From a virus, in IMG/VR virus record IMGVR_UViG_3300019458_000014, positions 1 to 43,426 of that record: a stretch of 43,426 nucleotides of DNA, one strand, 5' to 3'. A program made the position numbers and the translations under genes. Below the pieces are notes generated by a model. The model was not told the origin of the DNA. It saw only the letters and a program-made list of their open reading frames with translations, and searched no databases. The stretch's first letter is position 1; the number at the start of each line of letters is the position of its first letter. Shown here one piece after another: positions 1 to 7,575 of the stretch.

Positions 1-123
1 GCCGGACCTCGCGGAACACGCCGACCAGTCGCTCAACGTATGCCTCCGGGGTCGGTTCGAGCCCGATCTGTTCGGGCACGCCGTAATCTTGCTTGGGCGT
101 CATCGTGGGCTCCGCTCACCTAC
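1..123. repeat. Terminal direct repeat, copy 1 (identical to 43304..43426): circular-assembly overlap or true DTR
   Basis: Direct comparison: bases 1-123 match 43304-43426 base for base. Confidence 0.95.
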
Positions 124-288
124 GTACCGCCAGGCGAGGCCGTCGAAGCGGTAGATAGAGACGCCCGCTTCATGCTTCGGGTGGGCGGGAAAGAAGTTCT
201 GCCATGGGATGTGGCACTCGTTCGTCAGGGTCGGTGGTACTTCCCAATCTTCCCTTCCGTCGAGCGGTCCTCCGATGAAGATGCTCAC
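100..288 (-). CDS. Hypothetical small protein, 62 aa (GGPLDG motif)
   Basis: ORF track. GTG start 4 nt after GGGAGGAAGG. Its TGA overlaps (ATGA) the start of the ORF that continues across the circular junction (43406). Confidence 0.6.
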   Translation of the reverse strand: MSIFIGGPLDGREDWEVPPTLTNECHIPWQNFFPAHPKHEAGVSIYRFDGLAWRYVGERSPR

Positions 289-313
289 CCTTCCTCCCGT
301 CTATCGGTCATGC
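289..313 (-). promoter_or_regulatory. Gene-junction element copy 1 (minus strand GCATGACCGATAGACGGGAGGAAGG: stop + spacer + SD)
   Basis: Same 25-nt string recurs at 468-502 and 657-690, each time spanning a stop codon and the next start. Confidence 0.6.
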
Positions 314-466
314 GTGGCCAGCCCGACTCAAACCGAACCGGGTCGGCCTTCGGGGCTTGCACCACGGACATGGATTCCCCCGGTCCTCGAAACGACCGCG
401 ATAGCAACTCCCGCCGTATCGCCCATACCGATGGCACCCAGTCTTATGGATGCGTGACCGCCTCAT
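308..466 (-). CDS. Hypothetical Cys-rich small protein, 52 aa (below ORF-track cutoff)
   Basis: Hand translation from ATG 466: MRRSRIHKTGCHRYGRYGGSCYRGRFEDRGNPCPWCKPRRPTRFGLSRAGHA*. Start and stop both sit in junction-element copies. Confidence 0.45.
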   Translation of the reverse strand: MRRSRIHKTGCHRYGRYGGSCYRGRFEDRGNPCPWCKPRRPTRFGLSRAGHA

Positions 467-467
467 G

Positions 468-502
468 CCTTCCTCCCGTCCTATCGGTCATGCTGTATCC
501 CG
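468..502 (-). promoter_or_regulatory. Gene-junction element copy 2 (extended form CGGGATACAGCATGACCGATAGGACGGGAGGAAGG)
   Basis: Read directly. Contains the TGA of 488..655 and the SD for ATG 466. Confidence 0.6.
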
Positions 503-655
503 AGTCATGACCCAGGGATCATCCTTCTCGGCCCAACAGATGAGGGGCCATCGGCCCCTCGCCACGGCACGGGCCGCCTTCGTCAACACCGCTTCGCCGA
601 GGTCGTTCAGTTCGATTTTCCTCATCACGCCATCCTCGTCAAAAACCAGCATCAT
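488..655 (-). CDS. Hypothetical small protein, 55 aa (alternative GTG start at 769 gives 93 aa)
   Basis: ORF track 488..769. Internal ATGATG at 655 is preceded by GGGAGGAAGGG. Codons upstream of 655 lose the GC3 bias. Confidence 0.55.
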   Translation of the reverse strand: MMLVFDEDGVMRKIELNDLGEAVLTKAARAVARGRWPLICWAEKDDPWVMTRDTA

Positions 656-656
656 C

Positions 657-690
657 CCTTCCTCCCGTCTATCGGTCATGCTGTATCCCG
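657..690 (-). promoter_or_regulatory. Gene-junction element copy 3 (extended form)
   Basis: 33 of 34 nt shared with copy 2. Lies immediately upstream of ATG 655. Confidence 0.6.
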
Positions 691-765
691 TGAGAGTTCG
701 GCTTGAACGTTGAACAGTGGGGCATCCCCGATACGGGCAGGGTCCGAACACCTGGCTGACGGGGT

Positions 766-948
766 TCACCCTTCCTCCCGGTGTGCTTCCTCAAGTTCGC
801 GGAGCTCCTGGAGCGCCGCGCGCGCCTCGTCGCACATGCACTTCTCCGGCCGAAGGCAGTAGCCCTTCTTATGGCGAGCGAAGAGCCAGAGCTCGACGAT
901 GTCAGCCGCGCTCTTCTTTCGCGACGGCCACGGCCAGACCCGTGTCAC
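766..948 (-). CDS. Hypothetical protein, 60 aa
   Basis: ORF track. GC3-rich codons, Lys-containing. TGA overlaps GTG 769. Confidence 0.6.
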   Translation of the reverse strand: MTRVWPWPSRKKSAADIVELWLFARHKKGYCLRPEKCMCDEARAALQELRELEEAHREEG

Positions 949-975
949 ACTGGCACTTCTCCCCTCGACTTCCGA

Positions 976-998
976 GTGATGGCGCCGGGCGCCATCAC
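976..998 (-). terminator. Perfect 10-bp stem / 3-nt loop hairpin (GTGATGGCGC-CGG-GCGCCATCAC) overlapping the stop of 995..1258
   Basis: Read directly. No U-tract, so function (terminator or RNA stability element) is uncertain. Confidence 0.35.
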
Positions 999-1258
999 CA
1001 GCCCACCGTCCCGTCCGAGTGCAGCCCGCCGTTGCACGGCACGAGGATCTGGATGGCGCCTTGCGCGGTGAGGCGATAGCCCTGCCCGTCGCTCGGGCAG
1101 AACAGGCGGGTCGGGGCGGCGGTGTCCTGTCCGTGGTAGTGGAACCCGTCTGGAGGCGTCGCCTGCAGTTCGACCCGTTTCCCGGTCATGTCGCATGCCG
1201 GGCAGAGACCGTCGCCGATCAAGGCGACTCCCCGCTGCAGCACGGCATCCCGTGTCAC
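995..1258 (-). CDS. Hypothetical Cys-containing protein, 87 aa
   Basis: ORF track. Strong GC3 bias. GTGA overlap with upstream gene. Confidence 0.65.
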   Translation of the reverse strand: MTRDAVLQRGVALIGDGLCPACDMTGKRVELQATPPDGFHYHGQDTAAPTRLFCPSDGQGYRLTAQGAIQILVPCNGGLHSDGTVGW

Positions 1259-1485
1259 GCTGGCACTTCCTCACCCATCGGCGCCATGGCTTCGTGATGC
1301 GCTCGTGCCTCCCTCAATATCCGCCATGCCGTTATCTCCTCTGACTTCCGGCTGACGATGTGGCGCGTCCATTGCCACCCCCCGGACCGGTGGACCGGAT
1401 GACCGGTGTCGAGTTCGCATCGGATGGTGCGGTCCGCCCAACAGCGAGACCGGCAGCGGGGTATAGAGGCGGCGTTCCGCGTCAC
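1255..1485 (-). CDS. Hypothetical protein, 76 aa
   Basis: ORF track. Stop overlaps the next start (GTGA). Confidence 0.5.
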   Translation of the reverse strand: MTRNAASIPRCRSRCWADRTIRCELDTGHPVHRSGGWQWTRHIVSRKSEEITAWRILREARAHHEAMAPMGEEVPA

Positions 1486-1598
1486 GAGGCCCGGCCCTTC
1501 CGGTCCTTCCTGAGCTGTTCAAGGAACTCACGCGCGAACGTGCCGGGTTCCGGGGCCAGTCCCATCCGCCACCGCCAGCACTGCAGATGCCGACGCGC

Positions 1599-1763
1599 TC
1601 ACACGGCGAGGTCATCGCGCCTGTCGATGATCGCGACCAGCTTGGCCGTCACCCGAGGGGCCTTGCCCGCGACCTCGAACGCCGCCGCTAGGTATTGCCG
1701 CTCATGGGGCCACAGGAAGCGCGGAGGCGGCGCGGAACTCCGCTCCTCAGTCTCCCCCTTCAC
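1599..1763 (-). CDS. Hypothetical protein, 54 aa (below ORF-track cutoff)
   Basis: Hand translation VKGETEERSSAPPPRFLWPHERQYLAAAFEVAGKAPRVTAKLVAIIDRRDDLAV*. GTGA overlap with 1760..1921. Confidence 0.45.
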   Translation of the reverse strand: MKGETEERSSAPPPRFLWPHERQYLAAAFEVAGKAPRVTAKLVAIIDRRDDLAV

Positions 1764-1921
1764 GGCAGAACCTCGCCCGTATACATCGTGCGCTGGTCGG
1801 TGCGCGTAATCTCACCCAGCGGAAACACGTCTCTCAGGGCCACAACCCAGCCGGGATCAAGGGTGCAGTTGGCGACGAGATCGGCCAGTTCGTCGGGGTA
1901 GGGAGCCTGTTGGAGATTCAC
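1760..1921 (-). CDS. Hypothetical protein, 53 aa
   Basis: C-terminal part of ORF 1760..1999. GTG 1921 overlaps the RuvC stop (GTGA). Confidence 0.55.
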   Translation of the reverse strand: MNLQQAPYPDELADLVANCTLDPGWVVALRDVFPLGEITRTDQRTMYTGEVLP

Positions 1922-2451
1922 GCGATCGTCTCCGTCACGAACTCGGGCCACTCGACTTTCGCCAGTGCCTCCCGCACGTAGGCCGGCAGGGCGTCCCACA
2001 GCTCATATCGGGCGAGACCCATCCGCCGGAGCAGGTGCGCGTCGGCCTCGTTGTTATCCGCCCCCAAGAAGCCCCACCGGCGGATGGCACAGGCCAGAAC
2101 CTCGTCCTTGCCGGCGTTCCCTTTGCCGGTCGCGAACTTCTTGAGCACGGTCGGCGGGACCTCGGCGTAGGGGATCGCCTGCTCCCAAAGCAGCGTGCGG
2201 ATCACCCCACCGAGCTCCCCCATGAGCTCGCCCTTGAACTTCGAGGCGAACGAGTAGCCCTCGATCACGACCAGCGGACGGCCACCGTCCAGGTCCGAGA
2301 CCGGTGGCGTCTGGCACATCCGACGCATGATCTCGTCGCGGATCGCACAGAGACGCTCAGGCCCTCGGGACCGCACCTTGATCACGGCCGAGCCCGCCTC
2401 GTCGGCGTAGCCGGTCGCGGTCAAGCTCAGGTCGAGGCCGACGACCCTCAT
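1918..2451 (-). CDS. ruvC: RuvC-like Holliday junction resolvase
   Basis: N-terminus MRVVGLDLSLTATGYA matches the RuvC-family catalytic Asp strand. Size 177 aa, with acidic residues downstream. Confidence 0.75.
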   Translation of the reverse strand: MRVVGLDLSLTATGYADEAGSAVIKVRSRGPERLCAIRDEIMRRMCQTPPVSDLDGGRPLVVIEGYSFASKFKGELMGELGGVIRTLLWEQAIPYAEVPPTVLKKFATGKGNAGKDEVLACAIRRWGFLGADNNEADAHLLRRMGLARYELWDALPAYVREALAKVEWPEFVTETIA

Positions 2452-2678
2452 TCCTCCGGCCTCTCCGGCCCCACCTCCACACCCCTATACGAACCGTCGA
2501 CGACCAGATCGCGGTTCACATCGACGAGGGCACGCAAAAGGATCACGAGGGCGTCGGCCCGAACGGGCGTCTCGATGGTCAGCTTGACTGGTCTGCCCAG
2601 CCCGGGCATCCCACCATCACGGACGAGTGGCGTGGTCGTCGATGTGTTCGAGGTTGATCGTGCTTCGTGCTCACTCAT
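2448..2678 (-). CDS. Hypothetical protein, 76 aa
   Basis: MSEHEAR... part of ORF 2448..2975. ATGA overlap with ruvC. 8-nt overlap with the upstream gene. Confidence 0.55.
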   Translation of the reverse strand: MSEHEARSTSNTSTTTPLVRDGGMPGLGRPVKLTIETPVRADALVILLRALVDVNRDLVVDGSYRGVEVGPERPEE

Positions 2679-2946
2679 CGGTGTACGCCGGCAAGCTCTC
2701 CTGCACGACCGGCTCCTCGACCTCATCGACGACGAACGTCTTGAGATCGAGCGCGAGCGAGTGGACGATGTCCGGCTCGCCGCCTTCCTTGGCGAAACTC
2801 TCCTTGCGGCCGACGTACTCGAGCACCACACGGGCGTGCAGCCGCGTCCGCTCCGGGTGGTTGAACCCCGGGGCCTCGAGCACCCCAGCGATGCCGATGC
2901 CGAGGACCTCCTTCGGCGCCTTGGGCACCTTCGCCTTCCTGACCAT
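2671..2946 (-). CDS. Hypothetical protein, 91 aa (Lys-rich N-terminus, acidic C-terminus)
   Basis: ORF track. SD GGAGGAAGGGGG upstream of ATG 2946. Confidence 0.65.
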   Translation of the reverse strand: MVRKAKVPKAPKEVLGIGIAGVLEAPGFNHPERTRLHARVVLEYVGRKESFAKEGGEPDIVHSLALDLKTFVVDEVEEPVVQESLPAYTDE

Positions 2947-2967
2947 GTTTCCCCCTTCCTCCGACCG

Positions 2968-3552
2968 TCAGACACGGCCGGCAGCTTTCTCCTCCTCGAA
3001 CCAACGGCGGTGTCCGACCGTCGCGATCCGTCGAGCGACCTTCCACGCCTCGGCGACCTTCGCCTCGGTCGGATCGCCGTAGCGGGCGCGCGCAGCCCCG
3101 GTCCACAGGTTTCCTCGCGCCGGCGCCAGCGGCCCGGCCATCTCGTCGGCCACCACAGACCGGATCGCCGGGACCGACTGCGAGCCCCACATCGACGCGG
3201 CGATCAGCTCGGCCAGCGGGCGGTCGCCGCCGACGTGCGAAGCGATCTCATCGACGGCCTCCGAGCGCCAGAAGGCCTCACGCTCACCAACCTCGAGCTC
3301 CTTGTCGGTGGCCATCACGTGCGGCGCGTGCGCGTCCGAGTTGTGCCTGCCTCGGTAGGCCATGCGAAAGCGCGGCTTCGACAGCGGCGCCGGGCCGTCG
3401 CTCATCGCTGCCTCGACGCACGCCTTCGCGCAGGGATGACACTCGGCGAGCACCATCTCGGTCGCGAGCTCGTCCACCCACTCGTCCATCGGCTTCTTGC
3501 CGTGGCTCGCGTACATCCGGCGCACGAGCCGCACTGCTTCCTGCTCGGTCAC
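2968..3552 (-). CDS. Hypothetical protein, 194 aa
   Basis: VTEQEAV... part of ORF 2968..3819. GTG 3552 overlaps the upstream stop (GTGA). Confidence 0.6.
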   Translation of the reverse strand: MTEQEAVRLVRRMYASHGKKPMDEWVDELATEMVLAECHPCAKACVEAAMSDGPAPLSKPRFRMAYRGRHNSDAHAPHVMATDKELEVGEREAFWRSEAVDEIASHVGGDRPLAELIAASMWGSQSVPAIRSVVADEMAGPLAPARGNLWTGAARARYGDPTEAKVAEAWKVARRIATVGHRRWFEEEKAAGRV

Positions 3553-4268
3553 GAGCGCCTCGCCTCCTCCACGAGCTCGCGGATCCGACGCCCCGGCTCC
3601 TCGACCTGACGGATCAGCGTCGGCCAGTGCTTGGCCAGCGCCGTTTCGGTGACCACCAGCGAACGGACCCATTGCTCCGAGCTCTCGCGGGCCGCAGCCA
3701 CGACCTCGTGGATCTGCTCCGGTGTGGCTCCTGCCTCGGTCAGGGCTCGCTTGACCTTCCCGCGGAGCGTGCGGCCCAGCTCGGTCGGCGGGCCGTAGAG
3801 GGCGTCGAGCGCGTCCCACATCGGGTCGTGGCGACGTGCCTTGGATGTCGCTGTTTCGCGACCGTCGGAAGATTTATTACCTCCGTAAGGAGGGGTAGTG
3901 GACGGTTCTAGGGACGGTTCGGGTGGTCTGGGGGCCACCCCTGGGGTGGTCTGGGGGCCACCGGTGTCATCAGCGTCATCCCTCGATTGGAGGACAGCGA
4001 GCAGTGTGAGGTTGAGCTGGTAGGTGGTCGCCCGCCGGCCGCCGCCGCGCGTCTGCACGACGATCAGGCCGGCCGCCTCGAGCTCCCGGAGCGTCCGCTG
4101 CACGGCACGCTGACCGATCTGCGCGTACTCCGCGAGGCGGGGGACCGATGGGTAGGAGTTCCGACCGTCGGGGTGGGCGTGATCCGCCAGCCCGATCAGG
4201 ATGAGCTTGGCCGTGGGCGTCACGGGGACGCGAGCTCGGAGCACGGCGCCGACGGCCTCGATGCTCAT
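3549..4268 (-). CDS. Winged-helix DNA-binding protein, replication-organiser/initiator-like, 239 aa
   Basis: N-terminus MSIEAVGAVLR...AKLILIGLADHAHPDGRNSYPSVPRLAEYAQIGQRAVQRTLRELEAAGLIVV resembles HTH_36-type phage/plasmid replication proteins. SD GGAGGG before ATG 4268. Confidence 0.6.
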   Translation of the reverse strand: MSIEAVGAVLRARVPVTPTAKLILIGLADHAHPDGRNSYPSVPRLAEYAQIGQRAVQRTLRELEAAGLIVVQTRGGGRRATTYQLNLTLLAVLQSRDDADDTGGPQTTPGVAPRPPEPSLEPSTTPPYGGNKSSDGRETATSKARRHDPMWDALDALYGPPTELGRTLRGKVKRALTEAGATPEQIHEVVAAARESSEQWVRSLVVTETALAKHWPTLIRQVEEPGRRIRELVEEARRS

Positions 4269-4576
4269 GGTCCCTCCGCCTTCGCATCTACCGAGGGAGC
4301 TGCCGGACCCCCGTCTTGAGGGGGTAGACCGGGGAGCGGCTGTGCGTCGGCCTCGCGGTCGCGGCGCAAGTACTGGGCGGGTATCTGTGAGCCGGGCCGT
4401 CGCCAGACGCCACGCTCGTCCTGGACGAGACCGACGCTCGCCGGATCCCGGCACCAAGGACCGTCGTATCCGGGCTGGAGACGGCCCGGACTGAGATGCC
4501 TGTCAAAGTTGGTCTCCGTGGAGAACACGCGGCCGCACACGCAGAGGCACCGGTCGTTCCCGTGCCCGTCAGACAT
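4265..4576 (-). CDS. Zinc-finger-like protein, 103 aa (CxCxCG..F....FDRH...C.DP)
   Basis: MSDGHGNDRCLCVCGRVFSTETNFDRHL... part of ORF 4265..4669. ATGA overlap downstream. Confidence 0.6.
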   Translation of the reverse strand: MSDGHGNDRCLCVCGRVFSTETNFDRHLSPGRLQPGYDGPWCRDPASVGLVQDERGVWRRPGSQIPAQYLRRDREADAQPLPGLPPQDGGPAAPSVDAKAEGP

Positions 4577-4598
4577 CAGCAGATCACCGCTCCTGAGG

Positions 4599-4775
4599 TC
4601 ATCGCTCACGGTCGTTCCCGCCACCGGACGACCTGAGCATCTCCCGGCGCCAGCCCCAGGCGGCCTCACGTCGGGCCTGCGAGACCCCGATCGTCCGGCC
4701 GACCAGGAACCCGAGGTACAGGCAAAGACCGCCCACGACGAGCATCAGGGTTACGACGGCCTGGGCGGGGCTCAC
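4599..4775 (-). CDS. Small membrane protein, 58 aa, one TM helix
   Basis: VSPAQAVVTLMLVVGGLCLYLGFLVGRTIG... GTG 4775 overlaps the recT stop (GTGA). Confidence 0.55.
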   Translation of the reverse strand: MSPAQAVVTLMLVVGGLCLYLGFLVGRTIGVSQARREAAWGWRREMLRSSGGGNDRER

Positions 4776-5941
4776 TCCGTGAAGCTCCCCGAGCGCGAGT
4801 CGCGCGTGGCCATGCAACCCGCAACCGTGCAGATCTCCATCCAAGCAACGGTCCTCGACGGCCCCCACTCGTGGGGTCCCTCGTGGGCCGATGTGCTGAC
4901 GGCGGCGGTAGACTCAGTGCTCCCCTCCGAGACGGGCTCGCCTTCCCCATACGACTCCGACCCGTTGTCAGAACTCTGGTCTCCCGCTGCCGCCAACCCT
5001 TGCCACTGCCCGATCAGGTGGGCAGCGGTGAACTGATCCAAATCGTTGAAGCTGGCGACGTCCGCTTCGGTGTGCCGGCGCTCGTCATCCCAGCCCAGCT
5101 GCGCCGCCAAGATCGCGAGCGTCTGCTTCTGCCGTTTCGTCGCGGACTTGGCCGACTTGGGGGGCCGGGTGGGGGAGGGCTCCGCCACAGCGTCCACCGC
5201 GCCCGAACTCTCAGCAGGACTGTCGGGCTCAGGCTGCCCCGTCAACAGCTGCGGCGTGCCCTCCGGCGCGCCCTCCCCCACGATCTCGCCCTCGATGATC
5301 TCGCCGGTCGCCGTGTCCACGACCTTGCCATTCGGGGCCACGACGGTCTCACGGGCCTCGGCCAGCTCCTCGGCGGTCGCCTCCGGGTTGAAGTAGGCGT
5401 CGGCCTCCTCTGACTCCATGACCTCGCCCTCGACGTAAACGCGAGCACCAACGACGTCGGGGCAGAACCAGGCGACGCCGTTGGACATCGCTCGGGCGAA
5501 CAGCATGTTGCGAGGGAACGATGTCCAGGGCGTCGGATTGCCGTCCTTGGTGACGAAGCGCAGACCTGCGTTCTTCGCGTCGTCGATCGTGAAGATGCTG
5601 TGGCCGATGTCGACCCACTCGTCATCCTCGTCGGACTTCTCCCAGAACTCCAGCTCGCACCGGTCGGCCGTGATCGCCTGGACCCGGTAGTCGTAGCGGG
5701 GGTGGCTCTTCACCCGCTGGGCCAACAGGTCAGCCGAGAGCTCAACCTTGCCGTCCATCACATGCAGCGACCGCATCGACTCGATCGGCGACAGCCCGAG
5801 CTCACGGCCGGCGAGAACCTTGACGGCAGCTGCCGCACGCGACTTGATATCCGGGAACAGGCCCGAGGCCTCGATCATCTCGCCGACGAGCGCGAGGTTG
5901 TCAAGATCGGGCTTGCGAAGGACGATGGCGGTGTCGCTCAT
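4772..5941 (-). CDS. recT: RecT-like single-strand annealing recombinase with long low-complexity C-terminal extension, 389 aa
   Basis: ELGLSPIESMRSLHVMDGK and PWTSFPRNMLFARAMSNGVAWFCPDV resemble RecT-family conserved blocks. Sits in the early recombination module with ruvC. Confidence 0.7.
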   Translation of the reverse strand: MSDTAIVLRKPDLDNLALVGEMIEASGLFPDIKSRAAAAVKVLAGRELGLSPIESMRSLHVMDGKVELSADLLAQRVKSHPRYDYRVQAITADRCELEFWEKSDEDDEWVDIGHSIFTIDDAKNAGLRFVTKDGNPTPWTSFPRNMLFARAMSNGVAWFCPDVVGARVYVEGEVMESEEADAYFNPEATAEELAEARETVVAPNGKVVDTATGEIIEGEIVGEGAPEGTPQLLTGQPEPDSPAESSGAVDAVAEPSPTRPPKSAKSATKRQKQTLAILAAQLGWDDERRHTEADVASFNDLDQFTAAHLIGQWQGLAAAGDQSSDNGSESYGEGEPVSEGSTESTAAVSTSAHEGPHEWGPSRTVAWMEICTVAGCMATRDSRSGSFTE

Positions 5942-5978
5942 GCCGGGACGGAGACCCTCGAATCGCGGTACTCGTCCA

Positions 5979-6215
5979 TCAGGTCTCCCTTCTCAAGCTC
6001 TTGGCCAAATCACGGATGGCCTCGGTGACTGCGATAAGGCCGTACGCCTGCGAGATGAGCGCCATGCTCTGCTGGGTGATCACGACGTTGACGCCTTGGA
6101 ACCCGAGGACTTCCGCACGATCGCCGGCCTCCATGCAGCTCGCGATGATGCTGCGAGCAGCCATCAGCGCGTCCATGCGCGGCGGTGCGGAAGCTCCGTC
6201 TGGCGGTGTGCTCAC
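5979..6215 (-). CDS. Hypothetical protein, 78 aa
   Basis: C-terminal part of ORF 5979..6572. GTG 6215 overlaps the upstream stop. Confidence 0.5.
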   Translation of the reverse strand: MSTPPDGASAPPRMDALMAARSIIASCMEAGDRAEVLGFQGVNVVITQQSMALISQAYGLIAVTEAIRDLAKSLRRET

Positions 6216-6523
6216 GTCTGCCAGCCCTCCCCGAGGGCGTTGCAGGCCGGACATTCCCAGCGATCTTCGAGCGGATGGGCCGGGCACCGGTCGGTGTCCG
6301 GTAGACCGGACACGCTGATCGGGATCACGTCGCTCCCGCGATCGAGCGTCGGCACCAGCGAGAGCCGGACGTGGCTGACGGGGTGCGCGGCGATCGCGGC
6401 CGCAAGCCGCATGTCCACCTTCTGGCCGACGCGTGGGCATCCCCGCCTGTGGAACCAGCCTCCCCCGGTCGGGCTCACCATCCACTTCGGATAGCAGTGC
6501 GGGCACCGCGGCGGAGCCGTCAA
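6212..6523 (-). CDS. Hypothetical zinc-ribbon-like protein, 103 aa (CPHC ... CPAC)
   Basis: ORF track. TTG start overlapping the upstream stop (TTGA). Confidence 0.55.
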   Translation of the reverse strand: MTAPPRCPHCYPKWMVSPTGGGWFHRRGCPRVGQKVDMRLAAAIAAHPVSHVRLSLVPTLDRGSDVIPISVSGLPDTDRCPAHPLEDRWECPACNALGEGWQT

Positions 6524-6744
6524 AGCGCCGCCTCCCAGGCGTCGGTGACCTCGCGGTGACGCTTGGGGTCAAGCGGCTGCTCGAGGCCTGTCGCCTCGAT
6601 GAAGCGCCGCTCGAGGTACTCCCTCTCCTCGGCGTTCAGAGGCGGCTCGGACTGGTCAAGCGACTCGCGCTCGGTGTCGTAGTCGGATGGGTACAGGCCC
6701 TCGAGGTATTCGCGCTCCGTGAGCTCGCCCTCGTGGGTGGTCAT
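6520..6744 (-). CDS. Hypothetical acidic protein, 74 aa
   Basis: MTTHEGELTEREYLEG... ATGA overlap with 6741..6956. Confidence 0.6.
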   Translation of the reverse strand: MTTHEGELTEREYLEGLYPSDYDTERESLDQSEPPLNAEEREYLERRFIEATGLEQPLDPKRHREVTDAWEAAL

Positions 6745-6956
6745 GGCTCGTCCCACCCGTTGATCGAGAGCACGAGATCGAGGGCACGCCAAGGGGCCAC
6801 CCGCATCAGCTCCCTCGCCCAGGCAAGCTCTCGGGCGTGCGAGAGGTTGGCCATCACCCAGAGCGTCCGCTCCACGGGATCGTCGTCGTTCTCGCCCATC
6901 AGGTGCAGGACCGCGCGGTCACCAAGCTCATCGAGAAGCCGGGACCAGCGACTCAC
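6741..6956 (-). CDS. Hypothetical protein, 71 aa
   Basis: ORF track. GTGA overlap with the cro-like gene. Confidence 0.6.
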   Translation of the reverse strand: MSRWSRLLDELGDRAVLHLMGENDDDPVERTLWVMANLSHARELAWARELMRVAPWRALDLVLSINGWDEP

Positions 6957-7156
6957 GCAGCCGGCTCCTCGAATAGCTCGCGCACGGACACGTCGAGAGC
7001 GGCCGCGATCTTCGCGAGGGTGTCGGTGTGTGCGGGATTGCCCCCCTCGATCTTCTGCAGGGTCCGAAGGGCGATCCCCGCGCGCTCCGCGAGAGTCTGC
7101 TGGGTGAGTGATCCGCGGAGCTCCCGGATCCGAAGCCGCGGTGACGTGCCTTCCAC
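6953..7156 (-). CDS. Cro-like XRE-family HTH regulator, 67 aa
   Basis: LRELRGSLTQQTLAERAGIALRTLQKIEGG is a classical XRE HTH. Divergent from the repressor. Confidence 0.85.
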   Translation of the reverse strand: MEGTSPRLRIRELRGSLTQQTLAERAGIALRTLQKIEGGNPAHTDTLAKIAAALDVSVRELFEEPAA

Positions 7157-7163
7157 GGCGCGT

Positions 7164-7191
7164 AGTTTACAGCGTGCTTCTGACCATGCAA
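7164..7191 (-). promoter_or_regulatory. Candidate early-left promoter (TTGCAT-16 nt-TAAACT), GTG start 7 nt after -10: leaderless
   Basis: Hexamers read on the minus strand. No SD between -10 and GTG 7156. Confidence 0.5.
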
Positions 7192-7225
7192 GCCTCTGGG
7201 CCGAATCCGGTAGGAAAAAGGTCGC

Positions 7226-7255
7226 TTGACGTGCAGCGAAGTGCGCGTAGAGAAT
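7226..7255 (+). promoter_or_regulatory. Candidate repressor promoter (TTGACG-18 nt-GAGAAT), ATG 5 nt after -10: leaderless
   Basis: Hexamers read directly. The imperfect palindrome CGCTTGACGTGCAGCG (7223-7238) overlaps -35. No SD. Confidence 0.5.
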
Positions 7256-7260
7256 GCCGC

Positions 7261-7575
7261 ATGATGGCCCGCGATGTGATCGACCTCGAGTGGATCAGCC
7301 AGGACTGGGGCAGGCGACTTCGCGTGGCGCGCAAGGAGCGCGGCCTGACCCAGCTCCAGGCCTGCGTGGAGCTCGCCGTGACGCTTCGGACCTACCAGAA
7401 GTGGGAGACCGGCACTCTGCCCGATGGGGAGAACGCCGCCACGGTGGAGATCCGGTGGGGGGTTCGAATCATCCCTCCGGGAGACTCTAGGAAGCACGCT
7501 ACGGCCAGGAAGCTCAGTGCGGCCGGACAGCCGACGTCGGCCGAGCCCTCCGGCGTAGCCCTGGTCGCTGGGTGA
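7261..7575 (+). CDS. XRE-family HTH repressor (CI-like), 104 aa
   Basis: WGRRLRVARKERGLTQLQACVELAVTLRTYQKWETG HTH. Stop overlaps the integrase GTG (GTGA). Confidence 0.8.
   Translation: MMARDVIDLEWISQDWGRRLRVARKERGLTQLQACVELAVTLRTYQKWETGTLPDGENAATVEIRWGVRIIPPGDSRKHATARKLSAAGQPTSAEPSGVALVAG
7458..7482 (+). other. tRNA 3'-half mimic (T-loop GGTTCGAATC + acceptor-like strand) inside the repressor ORF: candidate attP core
   Basis: GGGGGTTCGAATCATCCCTCCGGGA read directly. No matching 5' tRNA half upstream, so it is not a tRNA gene. Confidence 0.5.

Noticed and set aside
945-1615. Overlapping ORFs 945..1274 and 1271..1615 (minus strand)
   Set aside because: Arg-rich translations that overlap better-supported, translationally coupled genes (995..1258 and 1255..1485) in other frames.
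2035-3609. Long plus-strand ORFs antisense to minus-strand genes (for example 2035..3609, 8489..9709, 10320..11594, 11676..13082, 14820..16061, 23486..24838, 30117..32003, 32043..33944)
   Set aside because: Arg/Gly/Pro/His-rich shadow ORFs, typical of the antisense strand of GC3-rich genes. They have no SD or recognisable motifs, and they overlap genes with clear motifs on the other strand.
7441-7490. A bona fide tRNA gene at the GGTTCGAATC site
   Set aside because: Only a T-loop plus a 3' acceptor-like strand is present. There is no complementary 5' acceptor strand, D-arm or anticodon arm within 80 nt upstream, and the T-stem has a mismatch. It is better explained as an attP-type tRNA 3'-end mimic.
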